Below, one piece after another: positions 26,601 through 40,500 of a stretch of DNA of 64,000 nucleotides. The stretch covers positions 5,704,001 through 5,768,000 of the forward strand of contig OZ024759.1 in assembly GCA_964016885.1 (NCBI GenBank), given 5' to 3'. A program made the translations under genes and the position numbers. Source of the stretch: Eledone cirrhosa. Lineage: Eukaryota. The notes below the pieces were generated by a model that was not told where the DNA came from, made no database searches, and saw only the letters and a program-made list of their open reading frames with translations. Position 1 is the first letter of the stretch; the number at the start of each line of letters is the position of its first letter.

Positions 26601-29600
26601 TAACTCCAATGTTGGTGAGAATTCATTTAAGTTCATGGTATTAGATGTCAGAAGTAACTCCAATGTTGCTGAGAATTCATTTAAGTCATGGTATTAGCCG
26701 TCAGAAGTAACTCCAATGTTGGTGAGAATTCATTTAAGTTCATGGTATTAGCTGTCAGAAGTAACTCCACTGTTGGTGAGAATTCATTTAAGTCATGGTA
26801 TTAGCCGTCAGAAGTAACTCCAATGTTGGTGAGAATTCATTTAAGTTCATGGTATTAGCTGTCAGAAGTAACTCCACTGTTGGTGAGAATTCATTTAAGT
26901 TCATGGTATTAGCTGTCAGAAGTAACTCCACTGTTGGTGAGAATTCATTTAAGTTCATGGTACTATCTGTCAGAAGTAACTCCACTGTTGGTGAGAATTC
27001 ATTTAAGTTCATGGTATTAGTTTGTCAGAAGTAACTCCACTGTTGGTGAGAATTCATTTAAGTCATGGTATTAGTTGTCAGAAGTAACTCCAATGTTGGT
27101 GAGAATTCATTTAAGTTCATGGTATTAGCTGTCAGAAGTAACTCCACTGTTGGTGAGAATTCATTTAAGTTCATGGTATTAGCTGTCAGAAGGAACTCCA
27201 ATGTTGGTGAGAATTCATTTAAGTCATGGTACTAGCTGTCAGAAGTAACTCCACTGTTGGTGAGAATTCATTTAAGTTCATGGTATTAGATGTCAGAAGT
27301 AACTCCAATGTTGCTGAGAATTCATTTAAGTTCATGGTATTAGCTGTCAGAAGTAACTCCACTGTTGGTGAGAATTTATTTAAGTTCATGGTATTAGCTG
27401 TCAGAAGTAACTCCACTGTTGGTGAGAATTCATTTAAGTTCATGGTACTAGCTGTCAGAAGTAACTACACTGTTGGTGAGAATTCATTTAAGTTCATGGT
27501 ATTAGCTGTCAGAAGTAACTCCACTGTTGGTGAGAATTCATTTAAGTGATGGTATTAGCCGTCAGAAGTAACTCCAATGTTGGTGAGAATTCATTTAAGT
27601 TCATGGTATTAGCTGTCAGAAGGAACGCCACTGTTGGTGAGATTCATTTAAGTTCATGGTATTAGCTGTCAGAAGTAACTCCACTGTTGGTGAGAATTCA
27701 TTTAAGTTCATGGTACTAGCTGTCAGAAGTAACTCCAATGTTGGTGAGAATTCATTTAAGTTCATGGTATTAGCTGTCAGAAGTAACTCCACTGTTGGTG
27801 AGAATTCATTTAAGTCATGGTATTAGCCGTCAGAAGTAACTCCAATGTTGGTGAGAATTCATTTAAGTTCATGGTATTAGCTGTCAGAAGGAACGCCACT
27901 GTTGGTGAGAATTCATTTAAGTTCATGGTATTAGCTGTCAGAAGTAACTCCACTGTTGGTGAGAATTCATTTAAGTTCATGGTACTAGCTGTCAGAAGTA
28001 ACTCCACTGTTGGTGAGAATTCATTTAAGTTCATGGTATTAGCTGTCAGAAGTAACTCCACTGTTGGTGAGAATTCATTTAAGTTCATGGTACTAGCTGT
28101 CAGAAGTAACTCCAATGTTGGTGAGAATTCATTTAAGTTCATGGTATTAGCTGTCAGAAGTAACTCCACTGTTGGTGAGAATTCATTTAAGTCATGGTAT
28201 TAGCCGTCAGAAGTAACTCCAATGTTGGTGAGAATTCATTTAAGTTCATGGTATTAGCTGTCAGAAGTAACTCCACTGTTGGTGAGAATTCATTTAAGTT
28301 CATGGTATTAGCTGTCAGAAGTAACTCCACTGTTGGTGAGAATTCATTTAAGTTCATGGTACTATCTGTCAGAAGTAACTCCACTGTTGGTGAGAATTCA
28401 TTTAAGTTCATGGTATTAGTTTGTCAGAAGTAACTCCACTGTTGGTGAGAATTCATTTAAGTCATGGTATTAGTTGTCAGAAGTAACTCCAATGTTGGTG
28501 AGAATTCATTTAAGTTCATGGTATTAGCTGTCAGAAGTAACTCCACTGTTGGTGAGAATTCATTTAAGTTCATGGTATTAGCTGTCAGAAGGAACTCCAA
28601 TGTTGGTGAGAATTCATTTAAGTCATGGTACTAGCTGTCAGAAGTAACTCCACTGTTGGTGAGAATTCATTTAAGTTCATGGTATTAGATGTCAGAAGTA
28701 ACTCCAATGTTGCTGAGAATTCATTTAAGTTCATGGTATTAGCTGTCAGAAGTAACTCCACTGTTGGTGAAAATTTATTTAAGTTCATGGTATTAGCTGT
28801 CAGAAGTAACTCCACTGTTGGTGAGAATTCATTTAAGTTCATGGTACTAGCTGTCAGAAGTAACTACACTGTTGGTGAGAATTCATTTAAGTTCATGGTA
28901 TTAGCTGTCAGAAGGAACGCCACTGTTGGTGAGATTCATTTAAGTTCATGGTATTAGCTGTCAGAAGTAACTCCACTGTTGGTGAGAATTCATTTAAGTT
29001 CATGGTACTAGCTGTCAGAAGTAACTCCAATGTTGGTGAGAATTCATTTAAGTTCATGGTATTAGCTGTCAGAAGTAACTCCACTGTTGGTGAGAATTCA
29101 TTTAAGTCATGGTATTAGCCGTCAGAAGTAACTCCAATGTTGGTGAGAATTCATTTAAGTTCATGGTATTAGCTGTCAGAAGGAACGCCACTGTTGGTGA
29201 GAATTCATTTAAGTTCATGGTATTAGCTGTCAGAAGTAACTCCACTGTTGGTGAGAATTCATTTAAGTTCATGGTACTAGCTGTCAGAAGTAACTCCACT
29301 GTTGGTGAGAATTCATTTAAGTTCATGGTATTAGCTGTCAGAAGTAACTCCACTGTTGGTGAGAATTCATTTAAGTTCATGGTACTAGCTGTCAGAAGTA
29401 ACTCCAATGTTGGTGAGAATTCATTTAAGTTCATGGTATTAGCTGTCAGAAGTAACTCCACTGTTGGTGAGAATTCATTTAAGTCATGGTATTAGCCGTC
29501 AGAAGTAACTCCAATGTTGGTGAGAATTCATTTAAGTTCATGGTATTAGCTGTCAGAAGTAACTCCACTGTTGGTGAGAATTCATTTAAGTTCATGGTAT

Positions 29601-30884
29601 TAGCTGTCAGAAGTAACTCCACTGTTGGTGAGAATTCATTTAAGTTCATGGTACTATCTGTCAGAAGTAACTCCACTGTTGGTGAGAATTCATTTAAGTT
29701 CATGGTATTAGTTTGTCAGAAGTAACTCCACTGTTGGTGAGAATTCATTTAAGTCATGGTATTAGTTGTCAGAAGTAACTCCAATGTTGGTGAGAATTCA
29801 TTTAAGTTCATGGTATTAGCTGTCAGAAGTAACTCCACTGTTGGTGAGAATTCATTTAAGTTCATGGTATTAGCTGTCAGAAGGAACTCCAATGTTGGTG
29901 AGAATTCATTTAAGTCATGGTACTAGCTGTCAGAAGTAACTCCACTGTTGGTGAGAATTCATTTAAGTTCATGGTATTAGATGTCAGAAGTAACTCCAAT
30001 GTTGCTGAGAATTCATTTAAGTTCATGGTATTAGCTGTCAGAAGTAACTCCACTGTTGGTGAGAATTTATTTAAGTTCATGGTATTAGCTGTCAGAAGTA
30101 ACTCCACTGTTGGTGAGAATTCATTTAAGTTCATGGTACTAGCTGTCAGAAGTAACTACACTGTTGGTGAGAATTCATTTAAGTTCATGGTATTAGCTGT
30201 CAGAAGTAACTCCACTGTTGGTGAGAATTCATTTAAGTGATGGTATTAGCCGTCAGAAGTAACTCCAATGTTGGTGAGAATTCATTTAAGTTCATGGTAT
30301 TAGCTGTCAGAAGGAACGCCACTGTTGGTGAGATTCATTTAAGTTCATGGTATTAGCTGTCAGAAGTAACTCCACTGTTGGTGAGAATTCATTTAAGTTC
30401 ATGGTACTAGCTGTCAGAAGTAACTCCAATGTTGGTGAGAATTCATTTAAGTTCATGGTATTAGCTGTCAGAAGTAACTCCACTGTTGGTGAGAATTCAT
30501 TTAAGTCATGGTATTAGCCGTCAGAAGTAACTCCAATGTTGGTGAGAATTCATTTAAGTTCATGGTATTAGCTGTCAGAAGGAACGCCACTGTTGGTGAG
30601 AATTCATTTAAGTTCATGGTATTAGCTGTCAGAAGTAACTCCACTGTTGGTGAGAATTCATTTAAGTTCATGGTACTAGCTGTCAGAAGTAACTCCACTG
30701 TTGGTGAGAATTCATTTAAGTTCATGGTATTAGCTGTCAGAAGTAACTCCACTGTTGGTGAGAATTCATTTAAGTTCATGGTACTAGCTGTCAGAAGTAA
30801 CTCCAATGTTGGTGAGAATTCATTTAAGTTCATGGTATTAGCTGTCAGAAGTAACTCCACTGTTGGTGAGAATTCATTTAAGTC
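15434..30884. repeat. 26-mer higher-order repeat (1399 bp) with a 24-mer (1292 bp) deletion variant
   Basis: 1399-bp copies at 15434-16832, 18772-20170, 21463-22861, 26795-28193 and 29486-30884. 1292-bp copies at 20171-21462 and 28194-29485. Markers occur in fixed order: TACTATC, GTTTG, GTTG, GATG..GCTG, GAATTTA, TACAC, AAGTGATG (absent in the 24-mer), GAGATTC. Confidence 0.9.
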
Positions 30885-33800
30885 ATGGTATTAGCCGTCA
30901 GAAGTAACTCCAATGTTGGTGAGAATTCATTTAAGTTCATGGTATTAGCTGTCAGAAGTAACTCCACTGTTGGTGAGAATTCATTTAAGTTCATGGTATT
31001 AGCTGTCAGAAGTAACTCCACTGTTGGTGAGAATTCATTTAAGTTCATGGTACTATCTGTCAGAAGTAACTCCACTGTTGGTGAGAATTCATTTAAGTTC
31101 ACGGTATTAGTTTGTCAGAAGTAACTCCACTGTTGGTGAGAATTCATTTAAGTCATGGTATTAGTTGTCAGAAGTAACTCCAATGTTGGTGAGAATTCAT
31201 TTAAGTTCATGGTATTAGCTGTCAGAAGTAACTCCACTGTTGGTGAGAATTCATTTAAGTTCATGGTATTAGCTGTCAGAAGGAACTCCAATGTTGGTGA
31301 GAATTCATTTAAGTCATGGTACTAGCTGTCAGAAGTAACTCCACTGTTGGTGAGAATTCATTTAAGTTCATGGTATTAGATGTCAGAAGTAACTCCAATG
31401 TTGCTGAGAATTCATTTAAGTTCATGGTATTAGCTGTCAGAAGTAACTCCACTGTTGGTGAGAATTTATTTAAGTTCATGGTATTAGCTGTCAGAAGTAA
31501 CTCCACTGTTGGTGAGAATTCATTTAAGTTCATGGTACTAGCTGTCAGAAGTAACTACACTGTTGGTGAGAATTCATTTAAGTTCATGGTATTAGCTGTC
31601 AGAAGTAACTCCAATGTTGGTGAGAATTCATTTAAGTTCATGGTATTAGCTGTCAGAAGTAACTCCACTGTTGGTGAGAATTCATTTAAGTTCATGGTAT
31701 TAGCTGTCAGAAGTAACTCCACTGTTGGTGAGAATTCATTTAACTTCATGGTACTAGCTGTCAGAAGTAACTCCACTGTTGGTGAGAATTCATTTAAGTT
31801 CATGGTATTAGCTGTCAGAAGGAACTCCACTGTTGGTGAGAATTCATTTAAGTTCATGGTATTAGCTGTCAGAAGTAACTCCACTGTTGGTGAGAATTCA
31901 TTTAAGTTCATGGTACTAGCTGTCAGAAGTAACTCCAATGTTGGTGAGAATTCATTTAAGTTCATGGTATTAGCTGTCAGAAGTAACTCCACTGTTGGTG
32001 AGAATTCATTTAAGTCATGGTATTAGCCGTCAGAAGTAACTCCAATGTTGGTGAGAATTCATTTAAGTTCATGGTATTAGCTGTCAGAAGTAACTCCACT
32101 GTTGGTGAGAATTCATTTAAGTTCATGGTATTAGCTGTCAGAAGTAACTCCACTGTTGGTGAGAATTCATTTAAGTTCATGGTATTAGCTGTCAGAAGGA
32201 ACGCCACTGTTGGTGAGAATTCATTTAAGTTCATGGTATTAGCTGTCAGAAGTAACTCCACTGTTGGTGAGAATTCATTTAAGTTCATGGTACTAGCTGT
32301 CAGAAGTAACTCCACTGTTGGTGAGAATTCATTTAAGTTCATGGTATTAGCTGTCAGAAGGAACTCCACTGTTGGTGAGAATTCATTTAAGTTCATGGTA
32401 TTAGCTGTCAGAAGTAACTCCACTGTTGGTGAGAATTCATTTAAGTTCATGGTATTAGCTGTCAGAAGTAACTCCACTGTTGGTGAGAATTCATTTAACT
32501 TCATGGTACTAGCTGTCAGAAGTAACTCCACTGTTGGTGAGAATTCATTTAAGTTCATGGTATTAGCTGTCAGAAGGAACTCCACTGTTGGTGAGAATTC
32601 ATTTAAGTTCATGGTATTAGCTGTCAGAAGTAACTCCACTGTTGGTGAGAATTCATTTAAGTCATGGTATTAGCCGTCAGAAGTAACTCCAATGTTGGTG
32701 AGAATTCATTTAAGTTCATGGTATTAGCTGTCAGAAGTAACTCCACTGTTGGTGAGAATTCATTTAAGTTCATGGTATTAGCTGTCAGAAGTAACTCCAC
32801 TGTTGGTGAGAATTCATTTAAGTTCATGGTACTAGCTGTCAGAAGTAACTACACTGTTGGTGAGAATTCATTTAAGTTCATGGTATTAGCTGTCAGAAGT
32901 AACTCCAATGTTGGTGAGAATTCATTTAAGTTCATGGTATTAGCTGTCAGAAGTAACTCCACTGTTGGTGAGAATTCATTTAAGTTCATGGTATTAGCTG
33001 TCAGAAGTAACTCCACTGTTGGTGAGAATTCATTTAACTTCATGGTACTAGCTGTCAGAAGTAACTCCACTGTTGGTGAGAATTCATTTAAGTTCATGGT
33101 ATTAGCTGTCAGAAGGAACTCCACTGTTGGTGAGAATTCATTTAAGTTCATGGTATTAGCTGTCAGAAGTAACTCCACTGTTGGTGAGAATTCATTTAAG
33201 TTCATGGTACTAGCTGTCAGAAGTAACTCCACTGTTGGTGAGAATTCATTTAAGTTCATGGTATTAGCTGTCAGAAGGAACTCCACTGTTGGTGAGAATT
33301 CATTTAAGTTCATGGTATTAGCTGTCAGAAGTAACTCCACTGTTGGTGAGAATTCATTTAAGTTCATGGTACTAGCTGTCAGAAGTAACTCCAATGTTGG
33401 TGGGAATTCATTTAAGTTCATGGTATTAGCTGTCAGAAGTAACTCCACTGTTGGTGAGAATTCATTTAAGTCATGGTATTAGCCGTCAGAAGTAACTCCA
33501 ATGTTGGTGAGAATTCATTTAAGTTCATGGTATTAGCTGTCAGAAGTAACTCCACTGTTGGTGAGAATTCATTTAAGTTCATGGTACTATCTGTCAGAAG
33601 TAACTCCACTGTTGGTGAGAATTCATTTACGTTCATGGTATTAGTTTGTCAGAAGTAACTCCACTGTTGGTGAGAATTCATTTAAGTCATGGTATTAGTT
33701 GTCAGAAGTAACTCCAATGTTGGTGAGAATTCATTTAAGTTCATGGTATTAGCTGTCAGAAGTAACTCCACTGTTGGTGAGAATTCATTTAAGTTCATGG

Positions 33801-34765
33801 TATTAGCTGTCAGAAGGAACTCCAATGTTGGTGAGAATTCATTTAAGTCATGGTACTAGCTGTCAGAAGTAACTCCACTATTGGTGAGAATTCATTTAAG
33901 TTCATGGTATTAGATGTCAGAAGTAACTCCAATGTTGCTGAGAATTCATTTAAGTTCATGGTATTAGCTGTCAGAAGTAACTCCACTGTTGGTGAGAATT
34001 CATTTAAGTTCATGGTATTAGCTGTCAGAAGTAACTCCACTGTTGGTGAGAATTCATTTAAGTTCATGGTACTAGCTGTCAGAAGTAACTACACTGTTGG
34101 TGAGAATTCATTTAAGTTCATGGTATTAGCTGTCAGAAGTAACTCCAATGTTGGTGAGAATTCATTTAAGTTCATGGTATTAGCTGTCAGAAGTAACTCC
34201 ACTGTTGGTGAGAATTCATTTAAGTTCATGGTATTAGCTGTCAGAAGTAACTCCACTGTTGGTGAGAATTCATTTAACTTCATGGTACTAGCTGTCAGAA
34301 GTAACTCCACTGTTGGTAAGAATTCATTTAAGTTCATGGTATTAGCTGTCAGAAGGAACTCCACTGTTGGTGAGAATTCATTTAAGTTCATGGTATTAGC
34401 TGTCAGAAGTAACTCCACTGTTGGTGAGAATTCATTTAAGTTCATGGTACTAGCTGTCAGAAGTAACTCCAATGTTGGTGAGAATTCATTTAAGTTCATG
34501 GTATTAGCTGTCAGAAGTAACTCCACTGTTGGTGAGAATTCATTTAAGTGATGGTATTAGCCGTCAGAAGTAACTCCAATGTTGGTGAGAATTCATTTAA
34601 GTTCATGGTATTAGCTGTCAGAAGGAACGCCACTGTTGGTGAGATTCATTTAAGTTCATGGTATTAGCTGTCAGAAGTAACTCCACTGTTGGTAAGAATT
34701 CATTTAAGTTCATGGTACTAGCTGTCAGAAGTAACTCCAATGTTGGTGAGAATTCATTTAAGTTC
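18772..34765. repeat. Near-tandem duplication of about 8 kb: 18772-26634 and 26795-34765
   Basis: Offsets are 8023 (19011/27034, 20410/28433, 21702/29725, 23101/31124), 7915 (24111/32026, 24758/32673, 25567/33482) and 8131 (25719/33850, 26420/34551), differing by whole monomers. Shared rare variants are TTCACGG, GGTGGGAATTC and two GGTAAGAATTC. Confidence 0.88.
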
Positions 34766-35411
34766 ATGGTATTAGCTGTCAGAAGTAACTCCACTGTTGG
34801 TGAGAATTCATTTAAGTCATGGTATTAGCCGTCAGAAGTAACTCCAATGTTGGTGAGAATTCATTTAAGTTCATGGTATTAGCTGTCAGAAGGAACGCCA
34901 CTGTTGGTGAGAATTCATTTAAGTTCATGGTATTAGCTGTCAGAAGTAACTCCACTGTTGGTGAGAATTCATTTAAGTTCATGGTACTAGCTGTCAGAAG
35001 TAACTCCACTGTTGGTGAGAATTCATTTAAGTTCATGGTATTAGCTGTCAGAAGTAACTCCACTGTTGGTGAGAATTAATTTAAGTTCATGGTACTAGCT
35101 GTCAGAAGTAACTCCAATGTTGGTGAGAATTCATTTAAGTTCATGGTATTAGCTGTCAGAAGTAACTCCACTGTTGGTGAGAATTCATTTAAGTCATGGT
35201 ATTAGCCGTCAGAAGTAACTCCAATGTTGGTGAGAATTCATTTAAGTTCATGGTATTAGCTGTCAGAAGTAACTCCACTGTTGGTGAGAATTCATTTAAG
35301 TTCATGGTATTAGCTGTCAGAAGTAACTCCACTGTTGGTGAGAATTCATTTAAGTTCATGGTACTATCTGTCAGAAGTAACTCCACTGTTGGTGAGAATT
35401 CATTTAAGTTC

Positions 35412-38400
35412 ATGGTATTAGTTTGTCAGAAGTAACTCCACTGTTGGTGAGAATTCATTTAAGTCATGGTATTAGTTGTCAGAAGTAACTCCAATGTTGG
35501 TGAGAATTCATTTAAGTTCATGGTATTAGCTGTCAGAAGTAACTCCACTGTGGGTGAGAATTCATTTAAGTTCATGGTATTAGCTGTCAGAAGGAACTCC
35601 AATGTTGGTGAGAATTCATTTAAGTCATGGTACTAGCTGTCAGAAGTAACTCCACTGTTGGTGAGAATTCATTTAAGTTCATGGTATTAGATGTCAGAAG
35701 TAACTCCAATGTTGCTGAGAATTCATTTAAGTTCATGGTATTAGTTTGTCAGAAGTAACTCCACTGTTGGTGAGAATTTATTTAAGTTCATGGTATTAGC
35801 TGTCAGAAGTAACTCCACTGTTGGTGAGAATTCATTTAAGTTCATGGTACTAGCTGTCAGAAGTAACTACACTGTTGGTGAGAATTCATTTAAGTTCATG
35901 GTATTAGCTGTCAGAAGTAACTCCAATGTTGGTGAGAATTCATTTAAGTTCATGGTATTAGCTGTCAGAAGTAACTCCACTGTTGGTGAGAATTCATTTA
36001 AGTTCATGGTATTAGCTGTCAGAAGTAACTCCACTGTTGGTGAGAATCCATTTAACTTCATGGTACTAGCTGTCAGAAGTAACTCCACTGTTGGTGAGAA
36101 TTCATTTAAGTTCATGGTATTAGCTGTCAGAAGGAACTCCACTGTTGGTGAGAATTCATTTAAGTTCATGGTATTAGCTGTCAGAAGTAACTCCACTGTT
36201 GGTGAGAATTCATTTAAGTTCATGGTACTAGCTGTCAGAAGTAACTCCAATGTTGGTGAGAATTCATTTAAGTTCATGGTATTAGCTGTCAGAAGTAACT
36301 CCACTGTTGGTGAGAATTCATTTAAGTGATGGTATTAGCCGTCAGAAGTAACTCCAATGTTGGTGAGAATTCATTTAAGTTCATGGTATTAGCTGTCAGA
36401 AGTAACTCCACTGTTGGTGAGAATTCATTTAAGTTCATGGTATTAGCTGTCAGAAGTAACTCCACTGTTGGTGAGAATTCATTTAAGTTCATGGTATTAG
36501 CTGTCAGAAGGAACGCCACTGTTGGTGAGAATTCATTTAAGTTCATGGTATTAGCTGTCAGAAGTAACTCCACTGTTGGTGAGAATTCATTTAAGTTCAT
36601 GGTACTAGCTGTCAGAAGTAACTCCACTGTTGGTGAGAATTCATTTAAGTTCATGGTATTAGCTGTCAGAAGTAACTCCACTGTTGGTGAGAATTCATTT
36701 AAGTTCATGGTATTAGCTGTCAGAAGTAACTCCACTGTTGGTGAGAATTCATTTAACTTCATGGTACTAGCTGTCAGAAGTAACTCCACTGTTGGTGAGA
36801 ATTCATTTAAGTTCATGGTATTAGCTGTCAGAAGGAACTCCACTGTTGGTGAGAATTCATTTAAGTTCATGGTATTAGCTGTCAGAAGTAACTCCACTGT
36901 TGGTGAGAATTCATTTAAGTCATGGTATTAGCCGTCAGAAGTAACTCCAATGTTGGTGAGAATTCATTTAAGTTCATGGTATTAGCTGTCAGAAGTAACT
37001 CCACTGTTGGTGAGAATTCATTTAAGTTCATGGTATTAGCTGTCAGAAGTAACTCCACTGTTGGTGAGAATTCATTTAAGTTCATGGTACTAGCTGTCAG
37101 AAGTAACTACACTGTTGGTGAGAATTCATTTAAGTTCATGGTATTAGCTGTCAGAAGTAACTCCAATGTTGGTGAGAATTCATTTAAGTTCATGGTATTA
37201 GCTGTCAGAAGTAACTCCACTGTTGGTGAGAATTCATTTAAGTTCATGGTATTAGCTGTCAGAAGTAACTCCACTGTTGGTGAGAATTCATTTAACTTCA
37301 TGGTACTAGCTGTCAGAAGTAACTCCATTGTTGCTGAGAATTCATTTAAGTTCATGGTATTAGCTGTCAGAAGTAACTCCACTGTTGGTGAGAATTCATT
37401 TAAGTCATGGTATTAGCCGTCAGAAGTAACTCCAATGTTGGTGAGAATTCATTTAAGTTCATGGTATTAGCTGTCAGAAGTAACTCCACTGTTGGTGAGA
37501 ATTCATTTAAGTTCATGGTATTAGCTGTCAGAAGTAACTCCACTGTTGGTGAGAATTCATTTAAGTTCATGGTACTAGCTGTCAGAAGTAACTCCACTGT
37601 TGGTGAGAATTCATTTAAGTTCATGGTATTAGCTGTCAGAAGGAACTCCACTGTTGGTGAGAATTCATTTAAGTTCATGGTATTAGCTGTCAGAAGTAAC
37701 TCCACTGTTGGTGAGAATTCATTTAAGTTCATGGTACTAGCTGTCAGAAGTAACTCCAATGTTGGTGGGAATTCATTTAAGTTCATGGTATTAGCTGTCA
37801 GAAGTAACTCCACTGTTGGTGAGAATTCATTTAAGTCATGGTATTAGCCGTCAGAAGTAACTCCAATGTTGGTGAGAATTCATTTAAGTTCATGGTATTA
37901 GCTGTCAGAAGTAACTCCACTGTTGGTGAGAATTCATTTAAGTTCATGGTACTATCTGTCAGAAGTAACTCCACTGTTGGTGAGAATTCATTTACGTTCA
38001 TGGTATTAGTTTGTCAGAAGTAACTCCACTGTTGGTGAGAATTCATTTAAGTCATGGTATTAGTTGTCAGAAGTAACTCCAATGTTGGTGAGAATTCATT
38101 TAAGTTCATGGTATTAGCTGTCAGAAGTAACTCCACTGTTGGTGAGAATTCATTTAAGTTCATGGTATTAGCTGTCAGAAGGAACTCCAATGTTGGTGAG
38201 AATTCATTTAAGTCATGGTACTAGCTGTCAGAAGTAACTCCACTATTGGTGAGAATTCATTTAAGTTCATGGTATTAGATGTCAGAAGTAACTCCAATGT
38301 TGCTGAGAATTCATTTAAGTTCATGGTATTAGCTGTCAGAAGTAACTCCACTGTTGGTGAGAATTCATTTAAGTTCATGGTATTAGCTGTCAGAAGTAAC

Positions 38401-40500
38401 TCCACTGTTGGTGAGAATTCATTTAAGTTCATGGTACTAGCTGTCAGAAGTAACTCCACTGTTGGTGAGAATTCATTTAACTTCATGGTACTAGCTGTCA
38501 GAAGTAACTCCACTGTTGGTGAGAATTCATTTAAGTTCATGGTATTAGCTGTCAGAAGGAACGCCACTGTTGGTGAGATTCATTTAAGTTCATGGTATTA
38601 GCTGTCAGAAGTAACTCCACTGTTGGTGAGAATTCATTTAAGTTCATGGTACTAGCTGTCAGAAGTAACTCCAATGTTGGTGAGAATTCATTTAAGTTCA
38701 TGGTATTAGCTGTCAGAAGTAACTCCACTGTTGGTGAGAATTCATTTAAGTCATGGTATTAGCCGTCAGAAGTAACTCCAATGTTGGTGAGAATTCATTT
38801 AAGTTCATGGTATTAGCTGTCAGAAGGAACGCCACTGTTGGTGAGAATTCATTTAAGTTCATGGTATTAGCTGTCAGAAGTAACTCCACTGTTGGTGAGA
38901 ATTCATTTAAGTTCATGGTACTAGCTGTCAGAAGTAACTCCACTGTTGGTGAGAATTCATTTAAGTTCATGGTATTAGCTGTCAGAAGTAACTCCACTGT
39001 TGGTGAGAATTCATTTAAGTTCATGGTACTAGCTGTCAGAAGTAACTCCAATGTTGGTGAGAATTCATTTAAGTTCATGGTATTAGCTGTCAGAAGTAAC
39101 TCCACTGTTGGTGAGAATTCATTTAAGTCATGGTATTAGCCGTCAGAAGTAACTCCAATGTTGGTGAGAATTCATTTAAGTTCATGGTATTAGCTGTCAG
39201 AAGTAACTCCACTGTTGGTGAGAATTCATTTAAGTTCATGGTATTAGCTGTCAGAAGTAACTCCACTGTTGGTGAGAATTCATGTAAGTTCATGGTATTA
39301 GTTTGTCAGAAGTAACTCCACTGTTGGTGAGAATTCATTTAAGTCATGGTATTAGTTGTCAGAAGTAACTCCAATGTTGGTGAGAATTCATTTAAGTTCA
39401 TGGTATTAGCTGTCAGAAGTAACTCCACTGTGGGTGAGAATTCATTTAAGTTCATGGTATTAGCTGTCAGAAGGAACTCCAATGTTGGTGAGAATTCATT
39501 TAAGTCATGGTACTAGCTGTCAGAAGTAACTCCACTGTTGGTGAGAATTCATTTAAGTTCATGGTATTAGATGTCAGAAGTAACTCCAATGTTGCTGAGA
39601 ATTCATTTAAGTTCATGGTATTAGCTGTCAGAAGTAACTCCACTGTTGGTGAGAATTTATTTAAGTTCATGGTATTAGCTGTCAGAAGTAACTCCACTGT
39701 TGGTGAGAATTCATTTAAGTTCATGGTACTAGCTGTCAGAAGTAACTACACTGTTGGTGAGAATTCATTTAAGTTCATGGTATTAGCTGTCAGAAGTAAC
39801 TCCAATGTTGGTGAGAATTCATTTAAGTTCATGGTATTAGCTGTCAGAAGTAACTCCACTGTTGGTGAGAATTCATTTAAGTTCATGGTATTAGCTGTCA
39901 GAAGTAACTCCACTGTTGGTGAGAATCCATTTAACTTCATGGTACTAGCTGTCAGAAGTAACTCCACTGTTGGTGAGAATTCATTTAAGTTCATGGTATT
40001 AGCTGTCAGAAGGAACTCCACTGTTGGTGAGAATTCATTTAAGTTCATGGTATTAGCTGTCAGAAGTAACTCCACTGTTGGTGAGAATTCATTTAAGTTC
40101 ATGGTACTAGCTGTCAGAAGTAACTCCAATGTTGGTGAGAATTCATTTAAGTTCATGGTATTAGCTGTCAGAAGTAACTCCACTGTTGGTGAGAATTCAT
40201 TTAAGTCGTGGTATTAGCCGTCAGAAGTAACTCCAATGTTGGTGAGAATTCATTTAAGTTCATGGTATTAGCTGTCAGAAGTAACTCCACTGTTGGTGAG
40301 AATTCATTTAAGTTCATGGTATTAGCTGTCAGAAGTAACTCCACTGTTGGTGAGAATTCATTTAAGTTCATGGTATTAGCTGTCAGAAGGAACGCCACTG
40401 TTGGTGAGAATTCATTTAAGTTCATGGTATTAGCTGTCAGAAGTAACTCCACTGTTGGTGAGAATTCATTTAAGTTCATGGTACTAGCTGTCAGAAGTAA
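35412..40500. repeat. Duplicated block, offset about 3880 bp (about 35.4-36.6 kb versus 39.3-40.5 kb)
   Basis: Rare CTGTGGGTGAG at 35551/39431 (offset 3880) and GAATCCATTTAACTTC at about 36042/39921 (offset 3879). Landmarks 35435/39315 and 36329/40208 agree. Confidence 0.75.
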
